DNA of 13,066 bases from a virus (Duplodnaviria > Heunggongvirae > Uroviricota > Caudoviricetes), in IMG/VR virus record IMGVR_UViG_2698536339_000001. One strand, written 5' to 3'. The notes beneath the pieces are model-generated. The model ran no database searches and was not told where the DNA came from. It saw nothing but the letters and a program-made list of their open reading frames with translations. This document shows positions 1-6,780 of this stretch, piece by piece. Made by a program: the position numbers and the translations under genes. The stretch's first letter is position 1; each line of letters opens with the position of its first letter.

Positions 1-162
1 AAACGCGGTGACGACTATCAGGAAATTTTTGCCCAGCAGGTCCGTGAAACGATGGAGCGCCGTGCAGCCGGTCTTAAACCGCCCGCCTGGGCGGCTGCGG
101 CATTTGAATCCGGACTGCGACAATCAACAGAGGAGGAGAAGAGTGACAGCAGAGCTGCGTAA
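1..162 (+). CDS. B: Portal protein, C-terminal end (5'-partial at window edge)
   Basis: Frame 1 is open from position 1 and ends at TAA 160-162 (...KRGDDYQEIFAQQVRETMERRAAGLKPPAWAAAFESGLRQSTEEEKSDSRAA*). It overlaps the GTG start of the next gene by 20 nt, as in lambda B/C. Recognised from memory as the lambda gpB C-terminus. Confidence 0.7.
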   Translation, partial: KRGDDYQEIFAQQVRETMERRAAGLKPPAWAAAAFESGLRQSTEEEKSDSRAA

Positions 163-1462
163 TCTCCCGCATATTGCCAGCATGGCTTTTAATGAGCCGC
201 TGATGCTTGAACCCGCCTATGCGCGGGTTTTCTTTTGTGCGCTTGCAGGCCAGCTTGGGATCAGTCGCCTGACGGATGCAGTATCCGGCGACAGCCTGAC
301 TGCCGGAGAGGCACCCGCGGCGCTGGCGTTATCCGGTGATGATGACGGACCACGACAGGCCCGCAGTTATCAGGTCATGAACGGCATCGCCGTGCTGCCG
401 GTGTCCGGTACGCTGGTCAGCCGGACGCGGGCGCTGCAGCCGTATTCGGGAATGACCGGTTACAACGGCATTATCGCCCGTCTGCAACAGGCTGCCAGCG
501 ATCCGATGGTGGACGGCATTCTGCTCGATATGGACACACCGGGCGGGATGGTGGCGGGAGCATTTGACTGTGCTGACATCATCGCCCGTGTGCGTGACAT
601 AAAGCCGGTATGGGCGCTGGCCAACGACATGAACTGCAGTGCAGGTCAGCTGCTTGCCAGCGCCGCCTCCCGGCGTCTGGTCACGCAGACCGCCCGGACA
701 GGCTCCATCGGCGTCATGATGGCTCACAGTAATTACGGCGCTGCGCTGGAGAAACAGGGCGTGGAAATCACGCTGATTTACAGCGGCAGCCATAAGGTGG
801 ATGGCAACCCCTACAGCCATCTACCGGGTGATGTCCGGGAGACACTGCAGTCCCGGATGGATGCAACCCGCCGGATGTTTGCGCAGAAGGTGTCGGCATA
901 TACCGGCCTGTCCGTGCAGGCTGTGCTGGATACCGAGGCTGCAGTGTACAGCGGTCAGGAGGCCATTGATGCCGGACTGGCTGATGAACTTGTCAACAGC
1001 ACCGATGCGATCACCGTTATGCGTGATGCACTGGATGCACGTAAATCCCGTCTCTCAGGAGGGCGAATGACCAAAGAGACTCAATCAACAACTGTTTCAG
1101 CCACTGCTTCGCAGGCTGACGTTACTGACGTGGTGCAAGCGACGGAGGGCGAAAACGCCAGCGCGGCGCAGCCGGACGTGAACGCGCAGATCACCGCTGC
1201 GGTTGCGGCAGAAAACAGCCGCATTATGGGGATCCTCAACTGTGAGGAAGCTCACGGACGCGAAGAACAGGCACGTGTGCTGGCCGAAACCCCCGGTATG
1301 ACCGTGGAAACGGCCCGCCGCATTCTGGCCGCAGCACCACAGAGTGCACAGGCGCGCAGTGACACTGCGCTGGATCGTCTGATGCAGGGGGCACCGGCAC
1401 CACTGGCTGCAGGTAACCCGGCATCTGATGCCGTTAACGATTTGCTGAACACACCAGTGTAA
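143..1462 (+). CDS. C: Head maturation protease / scaffold, lambda gpC-like (peptidase S49 family)
   Basis: GTG start at 143 preceded by AGGAGGAG (131-138); 439 codons ending TAA at 1462. The protein (VTAELRNLPHIASMAFNEPLML...NDLLNTPV) is recognised as lambda gpC. The in-frame extension back to position 8 in the ORF track is the overlapping 3' end of B read in another frame. Confidence 0.85.
   Translation: MTAELRNLPHIASMAFNEPLMLEPAYARVFFCALAGQLGISRLTDAVSGDSLTAGEAPAALALSGDDDGPRQARSYQVMNGIAVLPVSGTLVSRTRALQPYSGMTGYNGIIARLQQAASDPMVDGILLDMDTPGGMVAGAFDCADIIARVRDIKPVWALANDMNCSAGQLLASAASRRLVTQTARTGSIGVMMAHSNYGAALEKQGVEITLIYSGSHKVDGNPYSHLPGDVRETLQSRMDATRRMFAQKVSAYTGLSVQAVLDTEAAVYSGQEAIDAGLADELVNSTDAITVMRDALDARKSRLSGGRMTKETQSTTVSATASQADVTDVVQATEGENASAAQPDVNAQITAAVAAENSRIMGILNCEEAHGREEQARVLAETPGMTVETARRILAAAPQSAQARSDTALDRLMQGAPAPLAAGNPASDAVNDLLNTPV
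857..1462 (+). CDS. nu3: Capsid scaffolding protein Nu3, in-frame internal start nested in C
   Basis: In-frame ATG at 857 (MDATRRMFAQKVS...) gives a 606-nt ORF sharing the C stop, matching the known nested C/Nu3 arrangement of lambda. The start is placed by homology only. Confidence 0.6.
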   Translation: MDATRRMFAQKVSAYTGLSVQAVLDTEAAVYSGQEAIDAGLADELVNSTDAITVMRDALDARKSRLSGGRMTKETQSTTVSATASQADVTDVVQATEGENASAAQPDVNAQITAAVAAENSRIMGILNCEEAHGREEQARVLAETPGMTVETARRILAAAPQSAQARSDTALDRLMQGAPAPLAAGNPASDAVNDLLNTPV

Positions 1463-1471
1463 GGGATGTTT

Positions 1472-1804
1472 ATGACGAGCAAAGAAACCTTTACCCATTA
1501 CCAGCCGCTGGGCAACAGTGACCCGGCACATACGGCAACCGCGCCCGGCGGATTGAGTGCGAAAGCGCCTGCAATGACCCCGCTGATGCTGGACACCTCC
1601 ACCCGTAAGCTGGTTGCGTGGGATGGCACCACCGACGGTACTGCCGTTGGCATTCTGGCGGTTGATGCTGACCAGACCAGCACCACGCTGACGTTCTACA
1701 AGTCCGGCACGTTCCGTTATGAGGATGTGCTCTGGCCGGAGGCTGCCAGCGACGAGACGAAAAAACGGACCGCGTTTGCCGGAACGGCAATCAGCATCGT
1801 TTAA
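1472..1804 (+). CDS. D: Head decoration protein gpD
   Basis: ATG at 1472 preceded by AAGGGA; 110 aa ([27 protein letters not shown]...GTAISIV), stop TAA 1802-1804. Recognised as lambda gpD. The ORF-track start at 1466 is two codons upstream of the likely start. Confidence 0.9.
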   Translation: MTSKETFTHYQPLGNSDPAHTATAPGGLSAKAPAMTPLMLDTSTRKLVAWDGTTDGTAVGILAVDADQTSTTLTFYKSGTFRYEDVLWPEAASDETKKRTAFAGTAISIV

Positions 1805-1824
1805 CCTTACCCTTCATCACTAAA

Positions 1825-1846
1825 GGCCGCCTGTGCGGCTTTTTTT
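1825..1846 (+). terminator. GC-rich hairpin plus T7 tract in the D-E intergenic region (terminator-like or RNA-stability element)
   Basis: GGCCGC (1825-1830), loop CTGT, GCGGC (1835-1839), then TTTTTTT (1840-1846). The stem is only 5-6 bp, so this is a weak intrinsic terminator at best. Confidence 0.4.
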
Positions 1847-2856
1847 ACGGGATTTTTTTATGTCGATGTACACAACCGCCCAGCTGCTGGCGGCAAATGA
1901 GCAGAAATTTAAGTTTGATCCGCTGTTTCTGCGTCTCTTTTTCCGTGAGAGCTATCCCTTCACCACGGAGAAAGTCTATCTCTCACAAATTCCGGGACTG
2001 GTAAACATGGCGCTGTACGTTTCGCCGATTGTTTCCGGTGAGGTTATCCGTTCCCGTGGCGGCTCCACCTCTGAATTTACGCCGGGATATGTCAAACCCA
2101 AGCATGAGGTGAATCCGCAGATGACCCTGCGTCGCCTGCCGGATGAAGATCCGCAGAATCTGGCGGACCCGGCTTACCGCCGCCGTCGCATCATCATGCA
2201 GAACATGCGTGACGAAGAGCTGGCCATTGCTCAGGTCGAAGAGATGCAGGCAGTTTCTGCCGTGCTCAAGGGCAAATACACCATGACCGGTGAAGCCTTC
2301 GATCCGGTTGAGGTGGATATGGGCCGCAGTGCGGCGAACAACATCACATTTTTTACGGGATTTTTTTATGTCGATGTACACAACCGCCCAGCTGCTGGCG
2401 GCAAATGAGCAGAAATTTAAGTTTGATCCGCTGTTTCTGCGTCTCTTTTTCCGTGAGAGCTATCCCTTCACCACGGAGAAAGTCTATCTCTCACAAATTC
2501 CGGGACTGGTAAACATGGCGCTGTACGTTTCGCCGATTGTTTCCGGTGAGGTTATCCGTTCCCGTGGCGGCTCCACCTCTGAATTTACGCCGGGATATGT
2601 CAAACCCAAGCATGAAGTGAATCCGCAGATGACCCTGCGTCGCCTGCCGGATGAAGATCCGCAGAATCTGGCGGACCCGGCTTACCGCCGCCGTCGCATC
2701 ATCATGCAGAACATGCGAGACGAAGAGCTGGCCATTGCTCAGGTCGAAGAGATGCAGGCAGTTTCTGCTGTGCTTAAGGGCAAATACACCATGACCGGTG
2801 AAGCCTTCGATCCGGTTGAGGTGGATATGGGCCGCAGTGCGGCGAACAACATCACA
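1841..2856 (+). repeat. Direct tandem duplication, 2 x 508 bp (copy 1 1841-2348, copy 2 2349-2856), of the E leader and E codons 1-163
   Basis: Seen directly: the sequence from TTTTTTACGGGATTTTTTTATGTCGATGTACACAACC to GGCGAACAACATCACA occurs twice head-to-tail at an offset of 508 nt. The copies are 504/508 identical, differing at 2108/2616 (G/A), 2210/2718 (T/A), 2261/2769 (C/T) and 2267/2775 (C/T). The novel junction is ...AACATCACA|TTTTTTACGGG... at 2348|2349. Confidence 0.9.
1860..2408 (+). pseudogene. Truncated duplicate of major capsid gene E (E'): E residues 1-163 fused to a 19-codon out-of-frame tail
   Basis: ATG at 1860 with the same leader as E. Translation is identical to the full-length E N-terminus (MSMYTTAQLLAANEQKFKFDPLFLRLFFRESYPF...VDMGRSAANNIT), then crosses the duplication junction in the +1 frame (FFTGFFYVDVHNRPAAGGK) and stops at TAA 2406-2408. 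Because 508 is not a multiple of 3, the duplication necessarily frameshifts. Confidence 0.8.
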
Positions 2857-3393
2857 CAGTCCGGTGGTACGGAGTGGAGCAAGCGTGACAAGTCCACGTA
2901 TGACCCGACCGACGATATCGAAGCCTATGCGCTGAACGCCAGCGGCGTGGTGAATATCATCGTGTTTGATCCGAAAGGCTGGGCGCTGTTCCGTTCCTTC
3001 AAAGCCGTCAAGGAGAAGCTGGATACCCGTCGCGGCTCTCATTCCGAGCTGGAGACAGCGGTAAAAGACCTGGGCGAAGCGGTGTCCTATAAGGGGATGT
3101 ATGGCGATACGGCGATCGTCGTGTATTCCGGACAGTACGTGGAAAACGGCGTCAAAAAGAACTTCCTGCCGGACAACACGATGGTGCTGGGTAACACTCA
3201 TGCACGCGGTCTGCGCACCTATGGCTGTATTCAGGATGCGGATGCATTGAGTGAGGGTATTAATGCGTCTCCCCGTTATCCGAAAAACTGGAAGACATCC
3301 GGCGATCCGGCGCGAGAGTTCACCATGATTCAGTCAGCACCGCTGATGCTGCTGGCTGATCCTGATGCGTTCGTGTCCGTACAACTGGCGTAA
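2368..3393 (+). CDS. E: Major capsid protein gpE (HK97-fold), intact copy
   Basis: ATG at 2368; 341 aa (MSMYTTAQLL...DAFVSVQLA), stop TAA 3391-3393. Length and sequence are as recalled for lambda gpE. The ORF-track extension back to 2290 is an artefact of the duplication, being copy-1 E sequence read in another frame. Confidence 0.9.
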   Translation: MSMYTTAQLLAANEQKFKFDPLFLRLFFRESYPFTTEKVYLSQIPGLVNMALYVSPIVSGEVIRSRGGSTSEFTPGYVKPKHEVNPQMTLRRLPDEDPQNLADPAYRRRRIIMQNMRDEELAIAQVEEMQAVSAVLKGKYTMTGEAFDPVEVDMGRSAANNITQSGGTEWSKRDKSTYDPTDDIEAYALNASGVVNIIVFDPKGWALFRSFKAVKEKLDTRRGSHSELETAVKDLGEAVSYKGMYGDTAIVVYSGQYVENGVKKNFLPDNTMVLGNTHARGLRTYGCIQDADALSEGINASPRYPKNWKTSGDPAREFTMIQSAPLMLLADPDAFVSVQLA

Positions 3394-3434
3394 TCATGGC
3401 CCTTCGGGGCCATTTTCTCTCTGTGGAGGAGTCC

Positions 3435-3830
3435 ATGACGAAAGATGAACTGATTGCCCGTCTTCAGGTGCTGGGTGAGCAACTGAACCGTGATGTCAGC
3501 CTGATGGGGACGAAAGAAGAACTGGTGCTCCGTGTGGCAGAGCTGGAAGAGGAGCTTGATGACACGGATGACGCTGCCGGTCAGGACACATCTGTCAGCC
3601 CGGAAAATGCGCTGACCGGACATGAAAATGAGGTGGTATCAGCGCAGCCGGATACCGTGACTGATACGGCTACTCTGGTCACGGTTGTGGCACTGGTGAC
3701 GCTGCATACCGATGCACTTCACGCCACGCGGGATGAACCTGTGGCATTTGTGCTGCCGGGAACGGCGTTTCGTGTCTCTGCCGGTGTGGCAGCCGAAATG
3801 ACAGAGCGCGGCCTGGCCAGAATGCAATAA
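3435..3830 (+). CDS. FI: DNA-packaging / head completion protein gpFI
   Basis: GGAGGA (3425-3430) then ATG at 3435 after a 4-nt spacer. The protein (MTKDELIARLQVLGEQLNRDVSL...ERGLARMQ) is recognised as lambda gpFI. The upstream in-frame ATG at 3396 has no ribosome-binding site and is rejected. Confidence 0.85.
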   Translation: MTKDELIARLQVLGEQLNRDVSLMGTKEELVLRVAELEEELDDTDDAAGQDTSVSPENALTGHENEVVSAQPDTVTDTATLVTVVALVTLHTDALHATRDEPVAFVLPGTAFRVSAGVAAEMTERGLARMQ

Positions 3831-3841
3831 CGGGAGGCGCT

Positions 3842-4195
3842 GTGGCTGATTTCGATAACCTGTTCGATGCTGCCATTGTCCGCGCCGATGAAACGATACG
3901 CGGGTACATGGGAACGTCAGCCACCATGACATCCGGTGAGCAGTCCGGCGCAGTAATACGTGGTGTTTTTGATGACCCTGAAAATATCAGCTATGCCGGA
4001 CAGGGCGTGCGCGTTGAAGGCTCCAGCCCGTCCCTGTTTGTCCGGACTGATGATGTGCGGCAGCTGCGGCGTGGAGACAGGCTGACCATCGGTGAGGAAA
4101 ACTTCTGGATAGACCGGGTTTCGCCGGATGATGGTGGAAGCTGTCATCTCTGGCTTGGGCGGGGCGTACCGCCTGCCGTTAACCGTCGCCGCTGA
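3842..4195 (+). CDS. FII: Head-tail joining protein gpFII
   Basis: GTG start at 3842 preceded by GGGAGG; 117 aa (ADFDNLFDAAIVRADETIRGYMG...), stop TGA 4193-4195. Same length as lambda gpFII. Confidence 0.85.
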   Translation: MADFDNLFDAAIVRADETIRGYMGTSATMTSGEQSGAVIRGVFDDPENISYAGQGVRVEGSSPSLFVRTDDVRQLRRGDRLTIGEENFWIDRVSPDDGGSCHLWLGRGVPPAVNRRR

Positions 4196-4207
4196 AAGGG
4201 GGGATGT

Positions 4208-4786
4208 ATGGCCATAAAAGGTCTTGAGCAGGCCATTGAAAACCTCAGCCGTATCAGCAAAACGGCGGTGCCTGGTGCCGCCGCAATGGCCATTAACCGC
4301 GTTGCGTCATCCGCGATATCGCAGTCGGCGTCACAGGTTGCCCGTGAGACAAAGGTACGCCGGAAACTGGTAAAGGAAAGGGCCAGGCTGAAAAGGGCCA
4401 CGGTCAAAAATCCGCAGGCCAGAATCAAAGTTAACCGGGGGGATTTGCCCGTAATCAAGCTGGGTAATGCGCGGGTTGTCCTTTCGCGCCGCAGGCGTCG
4501 TAAAAAGGGGCAGCGTTCATCCCTGAAAGGTGGCGGCAGCGTGCTTGTGGTGGGTAACCGTCGTATTCCCGGCGCGTTTATTCAGCAACTGAAAAATGGC
4601 CGGTGGCATGTCATGCAGCGTGTGGCCGGGAAAAACCGTTACCCCATTGATGTGGTGAAAATCCCGATGGCGGTGCCGCTGACCACGGCGTTTAAACAAA
4701 ATATTGAGCGGATACGGCGTGAACGTCTTCCGAAAGAGCTGGGCTATGCGCTGCAGCATCAACTGAGAATGGTAATAAAGCGATGA
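4208..4786 (+). CDS. Z: Tail completion protein gpZ
   Basis: AAGGGGGG (4196-4203) then ATG at 4208; 192 aa basic protein (MAIKGLEQAIENLSRISK...). The stop overlaps the U start (ATGA at 4783-4786). Confidence 0.85.
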   Translation: MAIKGLEQAIENLSRISKTAVPGAAAMAINRVASSAISQSASQVARETKVRRKLVKERARLKRATVKNPQARIKVNRGDLPVIKLGNARVVLSRRRRRKKGQRSSLKGGGSVLVVGNRRIPGAFIQQLKNGRWHVMQRVAGKNRYPIDVVKIPMAVPLTTAFKQNIERIRRERLPKELGYALQHQLRMVIKR

Positions 4787-5178
4787 AACATACTGAACTC
4801 CGTGCAGCCGTACTGGATGCACTGGAGAAGCATGACACCGGGGCGACGCTTTTTGATGGTCGCCCCGCTGTTTTTGATGAGGCGGATTTTCCGGCAGTTG
4901 CCGTTTATCTCACCGGCGCTGAATACACGGGCGAAGAGCTGGACAGTGATACCTGGCAGGCGGAGCTGCATATTGAAGTTTTCCTGCCTGCTCAGGTGCC
5001 GGATTCAGAGCTGGATTCGTGGATGGAGTCCCGGATTTATCCGGTGATGAGCGATATCCCGGCACTGTCAGATTTGATCACCAGTATGGTGGCCAGCGGC
5101 TATGACTACCGGCGCGACGATGATGCGGGCCTGTGGAGTTCAGCCGATCTGACTTATGTCATTACCTATGAAATGTGA
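4783..5178 (+). CDS. U: Tail terminator protein gpU
   Basis: ATG at 4783 overlapping the Z stop; 131 aa ([20 protein letters not shown]...ITYEM). Same length as lambda gpU. Confidence 0.85.
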   Translation: MKHTELRAAVLDALEKHDTGATLFDGRPAVFDEADFPAVAVYLTGAEYTGEELDSDTWQAELHIEVFLPAQVPDSELDSWMESRIYPVMSDIPALSDLITSMVASGYDYRRDDDAGLWSSADLTYVITYEM

Positions 5179-5185
5179 GGACGCT

Positions 5186-5926
5186 ATGCCTGTACCAAAT
5201 CCTACAATGCCGGTGAAAGGTGCCGGGACCACCCTGTGGGTTTATAAGGGGAGCGGTGACCCTTATGCGAATCCGCTTTCAGACGTTGACTGGTCGCGTC
5301 TGGCAAAAGTTAAAGACCTGACGCCCGGCGAACTGACCGCTGAGTCCTATGACGACAGCTATCTCGATGATGAAGATGCAGACTGGAATGCGACCGGGCA
5401 GGGGCAGAAATCTGCCGGAGATACCAGCTTCACGCTGGCGTGGATGCCCGGAGAGCAGGGGCAGCAGGCGCTGCTGGCGTGGTTTAATGAAGGCGATACC
5501 CGTGCCTATAAAATCCGCTTCCCGAACGGCACGGTCGATGTGTTCCGTGGCTGGGTCAGCAGTATCGGTAAGGCGGTGACGGCGAAGGAAGTGATCACCC
5601 GCACGGTGAAAGTCACCAATGTGGGACGTCCGTCGATGGCAGAAGATCGCAGCATGGTAACAGCGGCAACCGGCATGACCGTGACGCCTGCCAGCACCTC
5701 GGTGGTGAAAGGGCAGAGCACCACGCTGACCGTGGCCTTCCAGCCGGAGGGCGTAACCGACAAGAGCTTTCGTGCGGTGTCTGCGGATAAAACAAAAGCC
5801 ACCGTGTCGGTCAGTGGTATGACCATCACCGTGAACGGCGTTGCTGCAGGCAAGGTCAACATTCCGGTTGTATCCGGTAATGGTGAGTTTGCTGCGGTTG
5901 CAGAAATTACCGTCACCGCCAGTTAA
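5186..5926 (+). CDS. V: Major tail tube protein gpV, with C-terminal Ig-like (Big_2-type) domain
   Basis: GAGGA (5177-5181) then ATG at 5186 after a 4-nt spacer; 246 aa ([22 protein letters not shown]...EITVTAS). The ORF-track start at 5156 lies inside U and is rejected. The Ig-like C-terminal domain assignment is from established knowledge of gpV. Confidence 0.9.
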   Translation: MPVPNPTMPVKGAGTTLWVYKGSGDPYANPLSDVDWSRLAKVKDLTPGELTAESYDDSYLDDEDADWNATGQGQKSAGDTSFTLAWMPGEQGQQALLAWFNEGDTRAYKIRFPNGTVDVFRGWVSSIGKAVTAKEVITRTVKVTNVGRPSMAEDRSMVTAATGMTVTPASTSVVKGQSTTLTVAFQPEGVTDKSFRAVSADKTKATVSVSGMTITVNGVAAGKVNIPVVSGNGEFAAVAEITVTAS

Positions 5927-5941
5927 TCCGGGGAGTCAGCG

Positions 5942-6364
5942 ATGTTCCTGAAAACCGAATCATTTGAACATAACGGTGTGACCGTCACGCTTTCTGAACT
6001 GTCAGCCCTGCAGCGCATTGAGCATCTCGCCCTGATGAAACGGCAGGCAGAACAGGCGGAGTCAGACAGCAACCGGAAGTTTACTGTGGAAGACGCCATC
6101 AGAACCGGCGCGTTTCTGGTGGCGATGTCCCTGTGGCATAACCATCCGCAGAAGACGCAGATGCCGTCCATGAATGAAGCCGTTAAACAGATTGAGCAGG
6201 AAGTGCTTACCACCTGGCCCACGGAGGCAATTTCTCATGCTGAAAACGTGGTGTACCGGCTGTCTGGTATGTATGAGTTTGTGGTGAATAATGCCCCTGA
6301 ACAGACAGAGGACGCCGGGCCCGCAGAGCCTGTTTCTGCGGGAAAGTGTTCGACGGTGAGCTGA
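5942..6364 (+). CDS. G: Tail assembly chaperone gpG
   Basis: ATG at 5942; 140 aa (MFLKTESFEHNGVTVTLSEL...SAGKCSTVS), stop TGA 6362-6364. Contains the slippery heptamer near its 3' end. Confidence 0.85.
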   Translation: MFLKTESFEHNGVTVTLSELSALQRIEHLALMKRQAEQAESDSNRKFTVEDAIRTGAFLVAMSLWHNHPQKTQMPSMNEAVKQIEQEVLTTWPTEAISHAENVVYRLSGMYEFVVNNAPEQTEDAGPAEPVSAGKCSTVS

Positions 6365-6780
6365 GTTTTGCCCTGAAACTGGCGCGTGAGATGGGGCGAC
6401 CCGACTGGCGTGCCATGCTTGCCGGGATGTCATCCACGGAGTATGCCGACTGGCACCGCTTTTACAGTACCCATTATTTTCATGATGTTCTGCTGGATAT
6501 GCACTTTTCCGGGCTGACGTACACCGTGCTCAGCCTGTTTTTCAGCGATCCGGATATGCATCCGCTGGATTTCAGTCTGCTGAACCGGCGCGAGGCTGAC
6601 GAAGAGCCTGAAGATGATGTGCTGATGCAGAAAGCGGCAGGGCTTGCCGGAGGTGTCCGCTTTGGCCCGGACGGGAATGAAGTTATCCCCGCTTCCCCGG
6701 ATGTGGCGGACATGACGGAGGATGACGTAATGCTGATGACAGTATCAGAAGGGATCGCAGGAGGAGTCCGGTATGGCTGA
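5942..6780 (+). CDS. T: Tail assembly chaperone gpGT, the -1 frameshift fusion product (G frame 5942-6346, T frame 6346-6780)
   Basis: After the slip, reading continues VFDGELSFALKLAREMGRPDWRAMLAGMSS...GIAGGVRYG, stopping at TGA 6778-6780, which overlaps the H start. No independent start or ribosome-binding site exists for the T frame. Confidence 0.8.
6340..6346 (+). promoter_or_regulatory. Programmed -1 ribosomal frameshift slippery heptamer G GGA AAG (G to GT)
   Basis: GGGAAAG at 6340-6346 sits in the G zero frame as G|GGA|AAG, 6 codons before the G stop. The -1 frame is open from 6346 to 6780. This is the classic lambda G/GT arrangement (established knowledge). Confidence 0.85.

Noticed and set aside
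329-1531. Reverse-strand ORFs antisense to C/Nu3 (329-820 and 1097-1531)
   Set aside because: They are fully embedded antisense to a recognised gene; the sequence is GC-rich, so open antisense frames are expected by chance; no ribosome-binding site or known domain.
2290-2367. Apparent 26-codon N-terminal extension of E (MKPSIRLRWIWAAVRRTTSHFLRDFF) from the six-frame track ORF 2290-3393
   Set aside because: It is copy-1 E coding sequence read in the +1 frame that happens to be open. It has no ribosome-binding site, whereas the ATG at 2368 has the native E leader and gives the canonical 341-aa product.
1983-3201. Two similar reverse-strand ORFs (1983-2381 and 2491-3201) with near-identical C-terminal halves
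   Set aside because: They are antisense to the duplicated E sequence; their similarity simply reflects the 508-bp duplication. They lie entirely inside a highly expressed sense gene and have no start context.
3396-3434. Upstream in-frame ATG at 3396 as the FI start (144-aa form)
   Set aside because: There is no Shine-Dalgarno sequence before 3396, whereas GGAGGA sits 4 nt upstream of the ATG at 3435, which gives the MTKDELIARL N-terminus.
5156-5185. Upstream in-frame ATG at 5156 as the V start (256-aa form)
   Set aside because: It lies within the U coding region; GAGGA is correctly spaced before the ATG at 5186, which gives the [13 protein letters not shown]-terminus and the 246-aa length.
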